The notes under the pieces were generated by a model. The model ran no database searches and was not told where the DNA came from. It saw only the letters and a program-made list of their open reading frames with translations. DNA of 64,000 nucleotides, from the NCBI RefSeq assembly GCF_009914755.1, contig NC_060934.1; one strand, 5' to 3'. The stretch comes from the human T2T-CHM13v2.0 reference genome, Homo sapiens. The position numbers were made by a program, and so were the translations under genes. Shown in pieces: positions 11,100-28,560 of this stretch; position 1 is the first letter of the stretch, and the number at the start of each line of letters is the position of its first letter.

Positions 11100-14000
11100 A
11101 CCTTGTAATTTGAAGTCAAATGTCCGCTTGGCAAAGACTTTAACCTCTAGCTGCAAAGTAACTGGTACCAAACCTGCAGTTCTGTCACGAACACTATAAA
11201 ACGGGAGAAAACATGAAACAACTATTTTCATGCATTGAGAAGCAGCAGTATATATCTATAATTCTTGAGAAGGAAGAAACTCAAGAGTTAAGCCTCTATT
11301 TGCCCTGTCCTCTGATTGGCTGCACTTCCCCTACTGTGGTGCAAGGCGGAGAAACCCAAGGAGAGGGAAACTTTTGCTAAGTGCAGTAGGACAAGGAAGA
11401 CCCTCACAGTGTTAACATAAAACAAAAAAAACTTTGAGGACCAAAGGAATCAGCCAGGGATACAACTGTCTGCCAGAATATAACAACATAATGCTCTTTA
11501 AAGGAAATAGTATAATCCAGAACTTCTACAAAGTATTTCAATACTTAGCATAAAATAAATCATTAGACACACACATACAGATAGAAATGAGATGCAGAAA
11601 AAGATGTTTCATAATCAACAAAAAAACATCAAATGAAAGGAACCAATCTCTAAAACATTCAGAAGTTAAATTTAGCAGGAAAAAAGAAACACTTTAAAGC
11701 AACCATCATGAATATGTTACAGAACTTATAGGAAAACGTGGTCATAAAGGGCGAAAGAAAATCACAAAGAAATGAAAACTAAAATAAAAACAAATCTCTA
11801 GAGTGGAAAAATATAAAATCTGAAGTGGAATTTCATTGTATGACAAAAGAGAGAATCAGTGAACTTGGAGAGAGAGCAATGTAAATAATGTGTAATCTGA
11901 AGAGACATTAAGTAAATTTTAAAAATAATAAAACCTAAATTACCACTGGAACAATATTAAGCAGACTGACATACATGCAACTTGAGTCCCAGAAGGAAAG
12001 TGGTATTATATGACTTATACTGACTACAGTAGAATTAAATCATAAACAACAATATATGTGGAAATCTCATATATTTAATTTTTTTAAAAAATTAATGTTG
12101 CCAATAAATAACTCATGTGTTAGAGAAATAGCAAAAGAAAAGTTTAAAAATGCACTAAACTGAATAAAAATACAATGTATTCAAATTTGTAGTATTTAAA
12201 GGTTACCTAATAGCTTTAAATACCTATATTGGAAAATAAAAATGTTAAAATAAAGAATATAAGTATCTGCTTTAAGAAGGTAGAAAATAAAGAGTAATTT
12301 TAATCTGATGTAGAAGGAAAGAAAGGTGACAGATAAGAGCAATTTACATAATAGAAAACAATAATGAACATTAAGAACCTAAGACTTGTTCTTTGTAAAG
12401 ATCAATAGAATTTTTGATAAGATCAGTAAAATTTTTACCACATTGATCAAGGAAAAAGAGAACACACTAATTATCCAGATAGGGAATTAATGAGGGCATA
12501 TCACTACAAAACTACAGGTATTTGAGGAAATATCCACTTTATATCAATAAATTCAACAATTTTGATTCACTGTTCAAATCTTTTGAAAACTACAATTTGC
12601 GAACATCAAAGAAATAGAGAATCTGAGTAAGCAAATATTTAAAATTTTTAAAGTTGTTTGTGTAATTTTTATGTGAGGAAAATTCTAAGATTAACTGGTG
12701 AATTTTATCAACTATTTAAGGAAGAAATAATACCAAAGTTCTACAAATAGATTCAGAAAATAGAAAATATGAAAATATCTCCAAACTGATTTAATGAGGC
12801 CAGTATAAAAACCGTGATAAAAAACTTGGCAAAGATTCTACAAGAAGAAAAATATGACAACTATTCCTCATAAAGTTACATAAAAACTTGTCAAAATATG
12901 ATCAAATCAAAGCCAAATTATATATACATATATACACACATATATAGTACATATGTGTCCTCATGTGTGTAGATGTACATCACCACATGGAGTATATTCT
13001 AGAATACACACATACATACACACAAAACCAAGAGTGATAAATTCTAGAAATGCAAAGAAAAAAATAATTCTCGAACTAAAAATGGAAAGAAACTCTCAAT
13101 CTAATTTAAGGTATCACTAAACATCTACAGATAACATAACACATTACTTCTATATTTTTTACTAGCAGTTTCAAACAGTCCAATAGGCAATAAAAGGTTT
13201 TAAAAATTATAGAACATCTATAAAACAAACTAAAGCTTTATAATTTGCAGAATGCATTGTTTTAATGTAGAATATACTAAGGAACCTGCAAAACAATGTT
13301 AAAACTAATGAGGGAGCTTAGCAAGATCTCAGGGTGTATGTTCAATTTCATTTATATATATATAAGACACAAACAATTGAAAATAAAATTTATAAAATAA
13401 TCATTACAATAGCATCAAAAAATTACAAAACACAGGAATAAATTTGTTGAAAAATCTTTACACTTAAACCATAAAATATTGAAGAGTAAAATTAAAGAAG
13501 ATCTAAATAAATGAAATAATGTAAAATGTTCTTGGATTAGGAGACTGAGTATTGTTAAGATGTCATTTCTTTTCAAATTTAACAATTTGCAAGAGTTTTT
13601 AAAAGAAATTGGTAAAGTTATAGTATACAGTAATGTAAAAGATCAAGAGCCAAAACAATCCTGAAAATGGTGGAGACACACATCTTCTAAATTCAAGATG
13701 TAGTCTCCATTTATAGTAATCAAGTCCAAACCGTATTGGGATAAGGATAGAAAACTAGATCAAAACAGCAAAATAATTCTGCATATAAATGAGCAATTGA
13801 TTTTTAGAAATATACCAAGGTAATTCAATAAATAGAGAATAGTCTTTTCAACAAATAGTGCTACAACAGCTGACTATGATAAAAATTAAACCTTGACTCA
13901 CTAACTTTATTATACAAAAGTAAGTTCAAGATAGACCATCGACTTATGCATAAAAGCACCCACTCTGAACACTGCTCTATAGAACAATACTATGCAATAG

Positions 14001-14252
14001 AACTTTCTGTGATAATTGAAATGTTCTATATCTGCACTGTCCAAAATGGTAGCTACTAGCCACCATGTGGGTACTGAGCTCTTGAAATGTGGCTAGTATT
14101 ACTGAGAAAGTGAATTTTAATATAATTTAAATGTAATTAATTAATGCTAAAATTTAAACAGTGATATGTGGCTAGTGACTATCATTTTGGACAACATAGT
14201 TCTACAAGAAAGCTTAGGCCAATATATTTGTAACATTAAAGTAGGCAAAATT
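11100..14252 (+). mobile_element. Ancient L1M (ME/MD-type) ORF1/ORF2 remnants; continues at 20707-20920 after the L1PA7
   Basis: A-rich decayed L1 motifs, e.g. CTGGTGAATTTTATCAACTATTTAAGGAAGAAATAATACC, TAATGAGGCCAGTATA, AGTCTTTTCAACAAATAGTGCT. Confidence 0.75.
13985..14199 (+). mobile_element. MER3 (hAT-Charlie MITE)
   Basis: CAATAGAACTTTCTGTGATAATTGAAATGTTCTATATCTGCACTGTCC...CTTGAAATGTGGCTAG...GTGGCTAGTGACTATCATTTTGGACAACATAG. Confidence 0.9.
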
Positions 14253-14697
14253 GGGGGTTGCTGGCAAGATGGCTGAATAGGAACAGCTCTGGTCTACAGC
14301 TCCCAGTGAGATCAACACATAAGGCGGGTGATTTCTCCATTTCCAACTGAGGTACCTGGTTCATCTAATTGGGACTGGTTGGACAGTGGGTGCAGCCCAA
14401 GGAGGGCGAGCCAAAGCAGGGTGGGGAGTCGCTTCACCTGGGAAGTGCAAGGGGTCAGGGAACTCCCTCTCCCAGCCAAGGGAAGCCATTGGGGACTGTA
14501 CCGTGCACTCCGGCCCAGACACTGCACTTTCCCCACAGTCTTTGCTACCTGCAGACCAGGAGATCGCTTCTGGTGCCTATACTACCAGGGCCCTGGGTTT
14601 CTGGCACAAGACTGGGCGGCTGTTTGGGCACACACCGAGCTAGCCACAGGGGTGTTTTTCATATCCCAGTGACGCATGGAATGCCAATGAGACAGAA

Positions 14698-14880
14698 TCA
14701 TTCACTGCCCTGCAAAGGGAGGTGAAGCCAAGGAACCAAGTACTCTGGCTTGGTGGGTACCACCCCCATGGAGCCCAGCAAGCTAAGATCCACTGGCTTG
14801 AAATTCTCGCTGCCAGCACAGCAGCAGTCTGAGCTTGACCTGGGACACTTGAGCTTGGTAGGAGGAGGGGCATCTGCCAT
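14698..14880 (-). CDS. Antisense L1 ORF0 homologue, 60 aa, open (translation unproven)
   Basis: MADAPPPTKLKCPRSSSDCC... aligns with recalled L1HS ORF0 MAGAPPPASLPPCSLISDCC...; ATG in GCAATGG context. Confidence 0.5.
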   Translation of the reverse strand: MADAPPPTKLKCPRSSSDCCCAGSENFKPVDLSLLGSMGVVPTKPEYLVPWLHLPLQGSE

Positions 14881-15567
14881 TGCTGAGGCTTAAGTATGCG
14901 GTTTTACCCTCACAATGTAAACAAAGCCACCCGGAAGTTCAAACTGGGCAGAGCCTACCCCAGCTCACCAAGGCCACTGTGGCCAGAATGTCTCCTCTCT
15001 GGGGAGGGCATCTCTGAAAAAAAGGCAGCAGCCCCAATCAGGGACTTATAGATACAACCCTCACCTCCCTGGAACAGAGCACCTGGGGGAAGGGGTGGTT
15101 GTGGGCGCAGCTTCAGCAGACTTAAACATCCCTACCTGGCAGCTCTGAAGAGAGCAGCGGGTCTACCAGCATAGCGTTTGAGCTCTGATAAGGGACACAC
15201 TGCCTCCTCAAGTGGGTCCCTGACCCCCTGTATCCTAACTAGGAGACACCTCCCAGTAGGGGCTGACAGACACCTCATATAGGAGAGCTCTGGCTGGCAT
15301 CTGGTGGGTGCCCCTCTGGGACGAAGCTTCCAGAAGAAGGAACAGGCAGCAATCTTTGCTGGTCTGCAGCCTCTGCCAGTGAGACCCAGGCAAACAGGGT
15401 CTGGAGTGGACATCCAGCAAACTCCAGCAGACCTGCAGCAGAGGGGCCTGACTGTTAGAATGACAACTAACAAACCAAAAGGAATAGTATCAACATCAAC
15501 AAAAAGGACGTCCACTCAGAGACCCCATCACCAACTTCAAAGACCAAAAGTAGATAAATCCACGAAG

Positions 15568-16592
15568 ATGGGGAGAAACCATTGCAAAAAGGCTGAAAAT
15601 TCCAAAAACCAGGATGCCTCTTCTCCTCCTAAGGATCACAACTCCTCGCCAGCAAGGGGACAAAACTGGATGGAAAATGAGTTTGACAAATTGACAGAAG
15701 TAGGCTTCAGAAGGGGGGTAATAACAAACTCCTTTGAGCCAAAGGAGCATGTACTAACCCAATGCAAGGAAGCTAAGAACCTTGAAAAAGGTTAGATGAA
15801 TTGCTAACTAGAATAACTAGTTTAGAGAAGAACATAAATGTCCTGATGGAGCTGAAACACACAGCACGAGAACTTTGTGAAGCATACACAAGTATCAATA
15901 GCTGAATCAATTAAGCAGAAGAAAGGATATCAGAGATTGAAGATCAACTCAATGAAATAAAGCGAGGAAACGAGATTAGAGGAAAAAGAGTGAAAAGAAA
16001 TGAACAAAGCCTCCAAGAAGTATGGAACTATGTGAAAAGACCAAATCTACATTTGATTGGTGTACCTGAATGTGACAGGGAGAATGGATCCAAGTTGGAA
16101 AACAGGCTTCAGGATATTACCCAGGAAAACTTCCCCAACCTAGCAAGACAGGCCAACATTCAAATTCAGGAAATACAGAGAACACCACAAAGATACTCCT
16201 CAAGAAAAGCAAACACAGGACACATAATTGTCAGATTCACCAAGGCTTAAATGAAGGAAAAAATGTTAAGGGTAGCCAGAGAGAAAGGTCGGGTTACCCA
16301 TAAAGGGAAACCCATCAGACTAACAGCGGATCTCTCAGCAGAAACCCTACAAGCCAGAAGAGAGTGGGGGCCGATATTCAACATTCTTAAAGAAAAGGAT
16401 TTTCAACCCAGAATTTCACATCCAGCCAAACTAAGATTCATAACTGAAGGAGAAATAAAATCTTTTCCAGACAAGCAAATGCTGAGAAATTTTGTCACCA
16501 CCAGGCCTGCCTTACAAGAGCTCCTGAAGGAAGCACTAAACATGGAAAGGAACAACTGGTAGCAGCCACTGCAAAAACATACCAATTTGTAA
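15568..16592 (+). pseudogene. L1 ORF1p, disrupted
   Basis: MGRNHCKKAENSKNQ...QEVWNYVKRPNL...MKEKMLRVAREKGRVTHKGKPIRLTADLS, broken by a frameshift near 15790 and by stops. Confidence 0.92.
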
Positions 16593-16655
16593 AGACCACT
16601 GAAGCTATGAAGAAACTGCATAAACAAATGGGCAAAATACCCAGGTGGTATCATA

Positions 16656-20480
<3,825 letters not shown>

Positions 20481-21344
20481 ACAATGAGAACACATGGTCA
20501 CAGGGAGGGGACCATCACACATTGGGGCCTCTTGGTGGGTGGGGGACTAGCGGAGGGATAGCATTAGGAGAAATACCTAATATAGATGATGGGTTGATAG
20601 GTGCAGCAAACCACCATGTCACGTGTATACCTATGTAACAAACATGCACATTCTGCACATGTACCCCAGAACTTAAAGTATAGTAATAAAAAGAAAAAGT
20701 AGGCAATAGTCTTATAGGACAGAAAAGGTACTAATACTATAGGAAAACAAATATGTATAATTTGTTAAAATGTGTATATATATACACATTTTAAACATCA
20801 TCAAAAATGACTTTTCATCAAATGACACCATTAAACCACACTGGGACAAAATAGCACAATACGTATATCTGATTATCTGATGATGGACCTTGATGAAGAG
20901 TAATGAACTCCTACAATTCAATATTGATTCAAATCCACAGAATCTAATATATAATGGAATAATTTGAATAATTTGAAGGCTAAATCAAAATCAAAGACTA
21001 AACTTGGTCTAACTCCAGAATTTATGTATGTTCTTTACATTCCACACTCATAATCTAACTAAAGAGGCAAGCTCTTTTTTGAATGTAAATATCATTTATT
21101 TTATTCTCTGCAAACAATGCTCAGTAGTATTCAATTAAAAAATATAGAACACATGTAAAGGCAAGATAACCAAGCGCAGAATGCTACACATTTTGGAATT
21201 ATCAGAGTGGCTTGTAACTAACCATGATCAAATGTCAAAAGACTTTATGGAAAATAAACAGAATATGGAAGAATCTTAGCAAAGAGATACAAGGGCCAAA
21301 TGGAAGAAGTAGAAGTGAAATATGGTAAGGAATTTTCATTACAA

Positions 21345-22308
21345 GTTAATTGAGCGACTAGATAGAGCCGAGGAAGGCAGAGGCCCCTGTGGCTCTTGTC
21401 TGACCCACATCCAGTTACGGCTGCCTGATCATTTTTCTGGCACTGGGAACCTGATTTCATAGTCTCCCTGACATCCCACAAAAAACCCAGCCTGAGACAG
21501 CCCCTAGTTCTTCAGACAGAAGCCACAAGTTGTTTTTTTTTTTTTTTAAGTTCTGGGATACATGTGCTGAACATGCAGGTTTGTTACATAGGTATACATG
21601 TGCCATGGTGGTTTGCTGCATCTATCAACCCATCATCTAGGTTTTAAGCTCTGCATGCATTAGGTATTTGTCCTAATGCTCTCCCTCCCCTTTCCTCCCA
21701 CCCACTGACAGGCCCCAGTGTGTGATGTACCCCTCCCTGAGTCCATGTGTTCTCATTGTTCAGCTCCCACTTATGAGTGAGAACATGTGCTGCTTACCTT
21801 TCTGTTCCTGTGTTAGTTTGCTGAGGATGATCGTTTCCAGCTTCATCCATGTCCCTGAAAGGCACAAATTTAATACATCGCCATAATAGGAAACAAGTTC
21901 AACGATTTTTACTTACAGCTCCTGGGAAAGAAGGGCATGAGCCAGAAAATCAGTCCTTTGTTTCAAGGTCACATGAGGCAGGAATGAAGAGTCAGGCAGA
22001 GAGAGAGAAAAGCGCAGGGCAATTAGCGATATATATATGGCAATATGGTGTGGGTCACTTTAAGTTTATGGGCAAATGCCTGAATGGTCCATTTAAAGGA
22101 ATCCTTGGAAAAGTGGGATTGCAGTCTGCTAGGTCCTGGAGATGCCTTTTAAATTCTTACCTCTGGTGACCAGATTGAGCAACCTAGCTGTGGTGTAGAA
22201 TTGGAAACTGTGTCAAGGGTGACTGAGCCCTACTTCTGGTAAAAATGAAACTCATATTCAAAATAGTTGACAAGGCAACATGAAGTTATTGTAGTAGCAT
22301 TCACTATA
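21345..22308 (-). mobile_element. ERVL LTR (MER54-like), split by an L1PA8 fragment
   Basis: Reverse complement begins TATAGTGAATGCT...ATGTTGCCTTG...CCAGAAGTAGGGCTCAGTCACCCTTGACACAGTTTCC. Confidence 0.65.
21533..21860 (-). mobile_element. L1PA8 3' end, 5'-truncated
   Basis: T-tract then AAGTTCTGGGATACATGTG...CATCTAGGTTTTAAGCTCTGCATGCATTAGG (PA8-type insert). Degenerate TSD AGCCACAAGTT/AGGCACAAATT. Confidence 0.9.
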
Positions 22309-23319
22309 AAAGAATTAGTGAAAGTGAATAGAAGTCAATAGAAGTTATCAAAACTGAAACATGGAAAAAAAGTAGAAGCAATAAAGTTTCCCAGATCTGT
22401 GGGAAATATCCAATTTTATTATGCTATTATTAAATTCCCAGGAAGAGAAAAAGAGAAAAGAATAGTAAAATATTTGAAGAGATAGTGGCAATGCACAATT
22501 AATATAAAACATCAGTTTAGAGGTCCAAGAAGCTCAGTAGATTTCAAGCAGAATAGAGGCAAAGAAAAGAAAACTATACTTAGGACAGGTATCACAGATA
22601 AAGAGAAAAATCTTGATAGAGATCACAGATAAAGTATATTTTATACAGGGGAACAATAATAAGAATGAGAACAGATGCTTCATTAGAAACATGGAGACTA
22701 GAAAATAATAGAACATCAGATTTAAGCGGTAAGATAAAAAATTCTCAACATATAATTTAATATCCAGTGAAATGTTGATCAAGAATGAAGACAACGCTAT
22801 TTTTAGATTGGAAAACACAGGATCTGAAAACACATATGTCTTTGGAAGACCTGCATTACAAGAAATAATAAAGATGTCCTTGAGAGCCTTTTATCTGAGT
22901 CCAGATAAAAACCTCTTTATTCACAAAGAAATGAAGGCAACTGAAGAATAAAAAAAATTCAATGAATATAAAGGTATTTTACACATGTTTTACTGAAGGT
23001 CTTTAAGATATTGTTGATGGTTAGAAGTAAAAGTAAAATAATATCTTGTTTGATTTATAGTTTAGGTAGAAATGAAATGCGTGAAAAATGCAGAAAGGGC
23101 AGGAGGGGAATAATTGGAAGTACGTTGTAAATTTCTTACATTGTTTATGAAGTAGTACAATATTTTTGAAGTGATATCATGAAAATTAAAACTATATATT
23201 ATGTATAACCATAAAAGCAACAAAGGACATAAAAGAGAATAAATAAAATACTTGATACACCCAAACAAGCAAGAAAGTGAGAAATAGATAAACCAAGGGC
23301 AAGTAGAAATGAAATACCA

Positions 23320-23453
23320 GATTGGCTACTCTCCCACTCTGGAGATCCTTAATTGCAGATTCAAATTCTTTTTGCCATGCAAGGTAACGTACCTACAGGT
23401 TCTGGGAGTCTTTGTGGACATATTTAGAGGGCTATTTTCTAAAGTCTACCATA
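23320..23453 (-). mobile_element. MLT1D/E LTR fragment
   Basis: TTTGCCATGCAAGGTAACGTACCTACAGGTTCTGGG...GTGGACATATTTAGAGGGCTATT...CTACCATA. Confidence 0.65.
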
Positions 23454-23526
23454 ACCAAATACAGATTATTTATAAGAAACACACCTTAAATAGAATACAA
23501 TGATACAGGCAAGTTGAAAGTAAGTA

Positions 23527-23840
23527 CAGTGATGTGTTGCTTAATGATGAGGATATGTTCTAAGAAATGCATTTTTAGGTGATCTTAGGTGATTTTGTTA
23601 TTGTGCAAACATCATAGAGTGAATTTATACAAACCTAGATGGTATAGCCTACTATGTACCTAGGCTACAAAACTATACATCATGTTCCTATACTGAATAT
23701 TGCAGGCAATTGTGACACAATGGTATTTGTGTACCTAAACAGAAAAGATATGGTAAAAATGCCATATTATAATCTAATGTGACCATTTTCATTTATGCAG
23801 TCTGTTATTGATTGAAATGTCACTATGTGATGTATGACTA
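23527..23840 (+). mobile_element. Tigger3a/MER7A DNA transposon
   Basis: TA-CAGTGATGTGTTGCTTAATGATGAGGATATGTTCTAAGAAATGC...ACAAACCTAGATGGTATAGCCTACTA...TGTATGACTA-TA; TIR remnants and TA TSD. Confidence 0.9.
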
Positions 23841-25245
23841 TACTATATAAAAACTAAATAAGATGAAGATTATCAGGCTGTACTAATATCAAAAAATGCA
23901 GACTTCAAATGAAGAGTATTACCAGAGATAAAATGCAACATAATAATAAAAGCATCATTTAATCAAGAAGATAGAAAATCTCATATGTCTATGGAACTAT
24001 TTGAAACCCCCAAATATATGAAACAAAAAGAACAGAACTATAGGGAAATATATGCACAATAATATTGAATATTTAACATTACTCTCTGTAACTGATAGAA
24101 CAAGTATATAAGAAATCAGTAAGTATGTAGGTGTCTTAACCAACACTCTAAGTCACTTGACTCGTTCTAACTTAGTAAGTACAGTACCCAACAAAAACAC
24201 AGACTGTTTTGGTGTCCTAGATTTTAGCCTGTGCCATAAAACAATTCCCAATAAATTTCAAGGATTAAAAATCACACAAGAATATATTCCATGATCAAAA
24301 TGGCCTTAAATTGAAAACATATAACCAATAAGATTTTATATAAAACTTCAAATATCTGGACATTAGCAGCATACTTGTAAGTAAGCCATGAGTCAAAGAA
24401 GAAGGAGTTAAAAATATGATGTTAAAATACACAAAGGGAGTTAAAATATTATGAACCAACTGATGATTAAAATGCAGTGTATCAAAAGTTGAAGGCTGCA
24501 ACTAGGGTGATACTCAGAGGGTACATTGCTGTTTTAAATGATAACATTACTGTTCAAAAAGCAGAAAGATATAAATTCAGTGATTTATGCTGCCATCTAA
24601 AGAAGGTATAAAAAGAAGAGCAAAGTAAAATCACAATAAATAAATGAAAGTAAATAACAATAGAAAACAAGAGCAAAAATCAAGAAAGTAGAAAACATAG
24701 AAACAGTAGAGATAATGGACTGAAGTTTGTTCTTGAAAATAATTTAAAGCTAATAGACAAAAGAAAAAAGAGATGATAAATTACCAATATTGGAAATAAA
24801 AGATATCACTGTTTCTCAGGAATAAAAGGGAAAATAATTGAATATTATAAACAGTCCTTGATAATAAGTTCAAATGTTATATGAAATGGAGATAATTTTA
24901 TAAAACAACTTATCAAAACTGACATGACTAGAAGTAGGAAATAGAAATAGCCCTATAATCTATTGAAGAAATTGAATTTTCAATTAAAATAACTTCCAAC
25001 ACATGCAGAAAAAAAAAATTTTTCAGGGCCAAGTGGTTTCACTGGCGAATTGTGTTAAACAGTAATGAAGAAATAATGCCCACCCTGAAACACACTGTTT
25101 CAGAAAATAGAGGAGGAAGCACACTGGCCAACTCATTTTATGAATACAGTAGATCCATGATACAAAAACCAGACAAAGACATTACTGGAAATGAGAATTA
25201 CAGACATATAACCCTTATGACTACACCTAAAAGAAAACAAAAGCT

Positions 25246-25544
25246 GGCCGGGTGAGTTGGCTCGCTCCTGTAATCCCAGCATTTGGGGAGGCTGAGGCAG
25301 ATGGATTGTTTGAGTCCAGGAGTTCAAGACTAGTCTGGGCAACACGGCGAAATCCTGGCTCCACTAAAAATAGAAAAAACTAGCTGGGCATGGTGACATG
25401 CACCTATAGTCCCAGCTACTCAGGAGGCTGAGGTAGGGGAATCACCTGAACCAAGAGGTTGAGGCTGCAGTGAGCCAAGATCATGCCACTCCACTCCAGC
25501 TTGGGCAACAGAATGAGACCCTGTCTCAAAAAAAAAAAAAAAAA
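25246..25544 (+). mobile_element. AluJb-like
   Basis: GATTGTTTGAGTCCAGGAG...GTTGAGGCTGCAGTGAGC...GAGACCCTGTCTC, TSD AAAAGCT. Confidence 0.93.
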
Positions 25545-27139
25545 GCTTAAAATAATAGAATATCGATTATACAATATATAAACATGCAAAGTATATAATC
25601 CAAAAGTATATAATTGAATAGTTTTTATCCCAAAAATGCAATTAACACTGCAAAATCATTCAATGTTGTTAACCATATTAATAGGTTTTAAAAAGTCACA
25701 TGACAATTGAACTATATGCATAAAAAATCTGACAAAATCACGACTCCTTCAAAATAAAATCTCTCAAGAGGCTAGGAACTGAAGTACAATTCCTTCAATC
25801 TGAAACAGTATTATGTAAAACCTACAGCCAACATAATGATAACATATGGTAGGCTTTCCTTGTAAGGTCAATAATAAGAAAACAGGTACTTAGGCAACAT
25901 TGTACCAGAAGTTGTATCTAGTTCAATAAGCCAGGAAAGAAAACTAAAGGTATTAAAGTCTGAGAGGAAGACATAATATTGTTTTTATTTGTAGGTGACA
26001 TGACTGTACATGTAGAAATCCCAGGAAATCTAAAAGAAAAAAAAAACTACTAAAATTAATAATAGCATTTAGTAATATTGCAGGGCAGAGTGTCAATATG
26101 CAAAAATTAATTGTACGCAAAAATCAATTTTATTAGTATATATTAGGAATAAATAATATGAATCAAGAAATTTGAAACTACAATGATGTTCTACAACATC
26201 AAGTACAAATTTAACAAAGTGTGTCTGAGAATACTACACTGAAAAGTATAGAACAGTTATGAGAAAAATTAAACGAAACCTAACGTAATAATAAGGTACT
26301 CCATGTTTATGCATTGGATGTTCTAATAGTATAAAGATGTCAATTATCTTAAAATTGATCTTTAAATTAAATGAAATACCAATCAAAATCCCAGCAGGGT
26401 TTATTTTTGTAGAAATGATCAAGCTGATTCCAAAATTTATATGGAATTACAAACAATCTAAAATAGATGAAACATCTTCATGGAAAAAAAAAACAGACAT
26501 ATTACTTGACTTCAAAATTTATTATAGAGCTATACCAACCAAAATGACAAAGCGGATTATATGCATCGAAACTCATTGTATGTACTCTTAGGGCATGTGT
26601 AGTTAACAATGAGAAAGATTTTTGTCTCAATAAGAAAAATATCAAAAGTCATCCAAAGTAAATTACAAAAAACATGTAAAGGACCATGCCTGAATCTTCT
26701 TGTTTAATTTACAGACTTGGGAGGTCACCTAAATTTCCAGAGGTTTATTTCTTAATCCAGGATAAAAATGCATACTACCAAAAAAAATCATTGAATTTTA
26801 TTCACAGAATTAAAGTTGCAAAACCTCTTCCAGTCCTTCTTTACCTGGTATATTATTAGATGGTGATATTTTCAGTTAGTCTGGCCCAGGATATGACATC
26901 ACAGGCCTGGCCACTAGACTCCCAAATTGTGCCTTCCACTAAGTCACATTAAAAACGGAACTTTTGGGTCTACATTTCTGAGACTTGGATATCTTCTTTA
27001 TGATGCTTTATTTAAATTGAGTATTCTCTAGGGACTGTGCCTTAGAGACTAATTTTATTGCTGGCTTGGAGAGGCAGAAATGGGAAATATATAAAATGTA
27101 TATGTTAATATATACTTCCAATATCCTAAGTGAGCTTCT

Positions 27140-28020
27140 GCTAATGAGGACCACCCTCTTCTTGAAACTCTCTTCTCATTCACCCCACTGCTTGCTCCTA
27201 ATTCTCCTTTCTGACAAATATTTCTGTGTCTTTTTCATTGTTTCTACTCCTTCTTCCCCTATTCAACACCCGTGTTCTTATCTTTCTTTAAAAATCTATA
27301 TACGGTTTCCTTCATTTCCACGTCATCTGTGATCATATATATAACTGATATGGTTTGGCTCTGTGTCCCCACCCAAATCTCATTTCCAGTTGTAATCCTC
27401 ATGTGTTGAGGGAGGGACCTGCAGGAGGTGATTGGACCATGCTGTTCTTACGAAAGTGAGGGAGTTCTCAGGAGATCTGATGGTTTTTAACTCTGTGAGT
27501 TCCCTCTCACCTGCCGCCGTGTAAGACGTGTCTTGCTTCCCCTTCACTTTCTGCCATGATTGTAAGTTTGCCAAGACTTCCTCAGCCATAAAGAACTGTG
27601 AGCAGATTAAACCTCCTATCTTTATAAACTACTCAGTCTCAGGTAGTATCTTTATAGCAGTGTGAGAACGGACTAATACAATATAGATTTTAATTTCAGC
27701 TCTGTTCTTTTGCCAAAGTTTCAGATCCATATTTTTAACTGATTATTTAGCACATCCTGTTTTCCAGGCTCAGGCACTTTACTTTTGGCCCATCTCAAAG
27801 GAAGCTCACAACCACCTCCCAAACCATTTCTCTCTCTCTCTCTTTTTTTTTTAATCTAAATGAATAGCATCAGCATTGCCTAGCTGTCTGAGATATCAAC
27901 ATTCATCCCTGTCTGTCACCTTTCATAGTTCAAGTTCTTATCTGTTTCAATTCTAAAATCATTTATTTAATCCTTGACATTGACATAGTCAAAATAGCCT
28001 TTTAACTGATCTTTGTTTCA
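27140..28020 (+). mobile_element. L2 fragment (host of THE1D)
   Basis: GACCACCCTCTTCTTGAAACTCTCTTCTC...TTTCAGATCCATATTTTTAACTG. Confidence 0.55.
27346..27680 (+). mobile_element. THE1D solo LTR
   Basis: TGATATGGTTTGGCTCTGTGTCCCCACCCAAATCTCAT...TTTATAGCAGTGTGAGAACGGACTAATACA. Confidence 0.92.
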
Positions 28021-28026
28021 TAGGCT

Positions 28027-28175
28027 TAGCAATTTCCACAATATGGTCCCTGGACCAGCTGCATTGCCTTCTCTGGGAACTTCTTGGAGACCTGCTGAAT
28101 CAGAAACTCAGAGGGTCAAGCCCAGTAATCTGTGATCATATTAGTAAGTCCTCCAGGTGATTCTGATTCATACCA
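28027..28175. mobile_element. MER5A
   Basis: TGGTCCCTGGACCAGC...GACCTGCTGAATCAGAAACTC...CCTCCAGGTGATTCTGAT. Confidence 0.8.
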
Positions 28176-28204
28176 CTCTCAAGCACAAGCAAAGCAATGA
28201 TTAG

Positions 28205-28560
28205 CAGCATGGTATTCCATTGTCCTTGGTTAAGGTTCAGGAGACCTGGGTTCAGGTGAGTGTGTGTAAGACATTTCACCTAACTGCATTTTAATTTCTT
28301 CATTTGTTCATCAAATGGGTTTCATTAGATTATTTTTATGATAGCTAAAAGAAGATTTCTGAATGCTTTTTAGGTGATAAGCCCTGTGCTAAATGTTGGT
28401 ATGTATTAACTCATTTAATACTAAACAAGAAAATTTTCGAAGTAGTTATTTTTATTACCATTGTAAACATTAATAAACTGAAATATAGAGAGATTACTTC
28501 CCCAAATCACACAGCCACAAAATGAAGTCATGATTAAAATGAAGCTAATGCCAGTGAGCA
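28205..28560. mobile_element. Two MIR fragments in opposite orientations
   Basis: GAGACCTGGGTTCAGG...TTTCTTCATTTGT (+) and GTATTAACTCATTTAAT...TAAACTGA...CCCAAATCACACAGC (-). Confidence 0.6.

Larger units (their letters stand above)
22310..26640 (+). mobile_element. Ancient L1M ORF1-ORF2 remnant
   Basis: Residual ORF2 peptides (LANSFYEYSRSMIQKPDKDIT; LIFKLNEIPIKIPAGF..LIPKFIWN) in A-rich sequence. Confidence 0.8.

Noticed and set aside
15304-15795. 163-aa ORF extending upstream of L1 ORF1
   Set aside because: Non-ATG start in the 5'UTR running into the ORF1 N-terminus, then frameshifted; not a separate gene.
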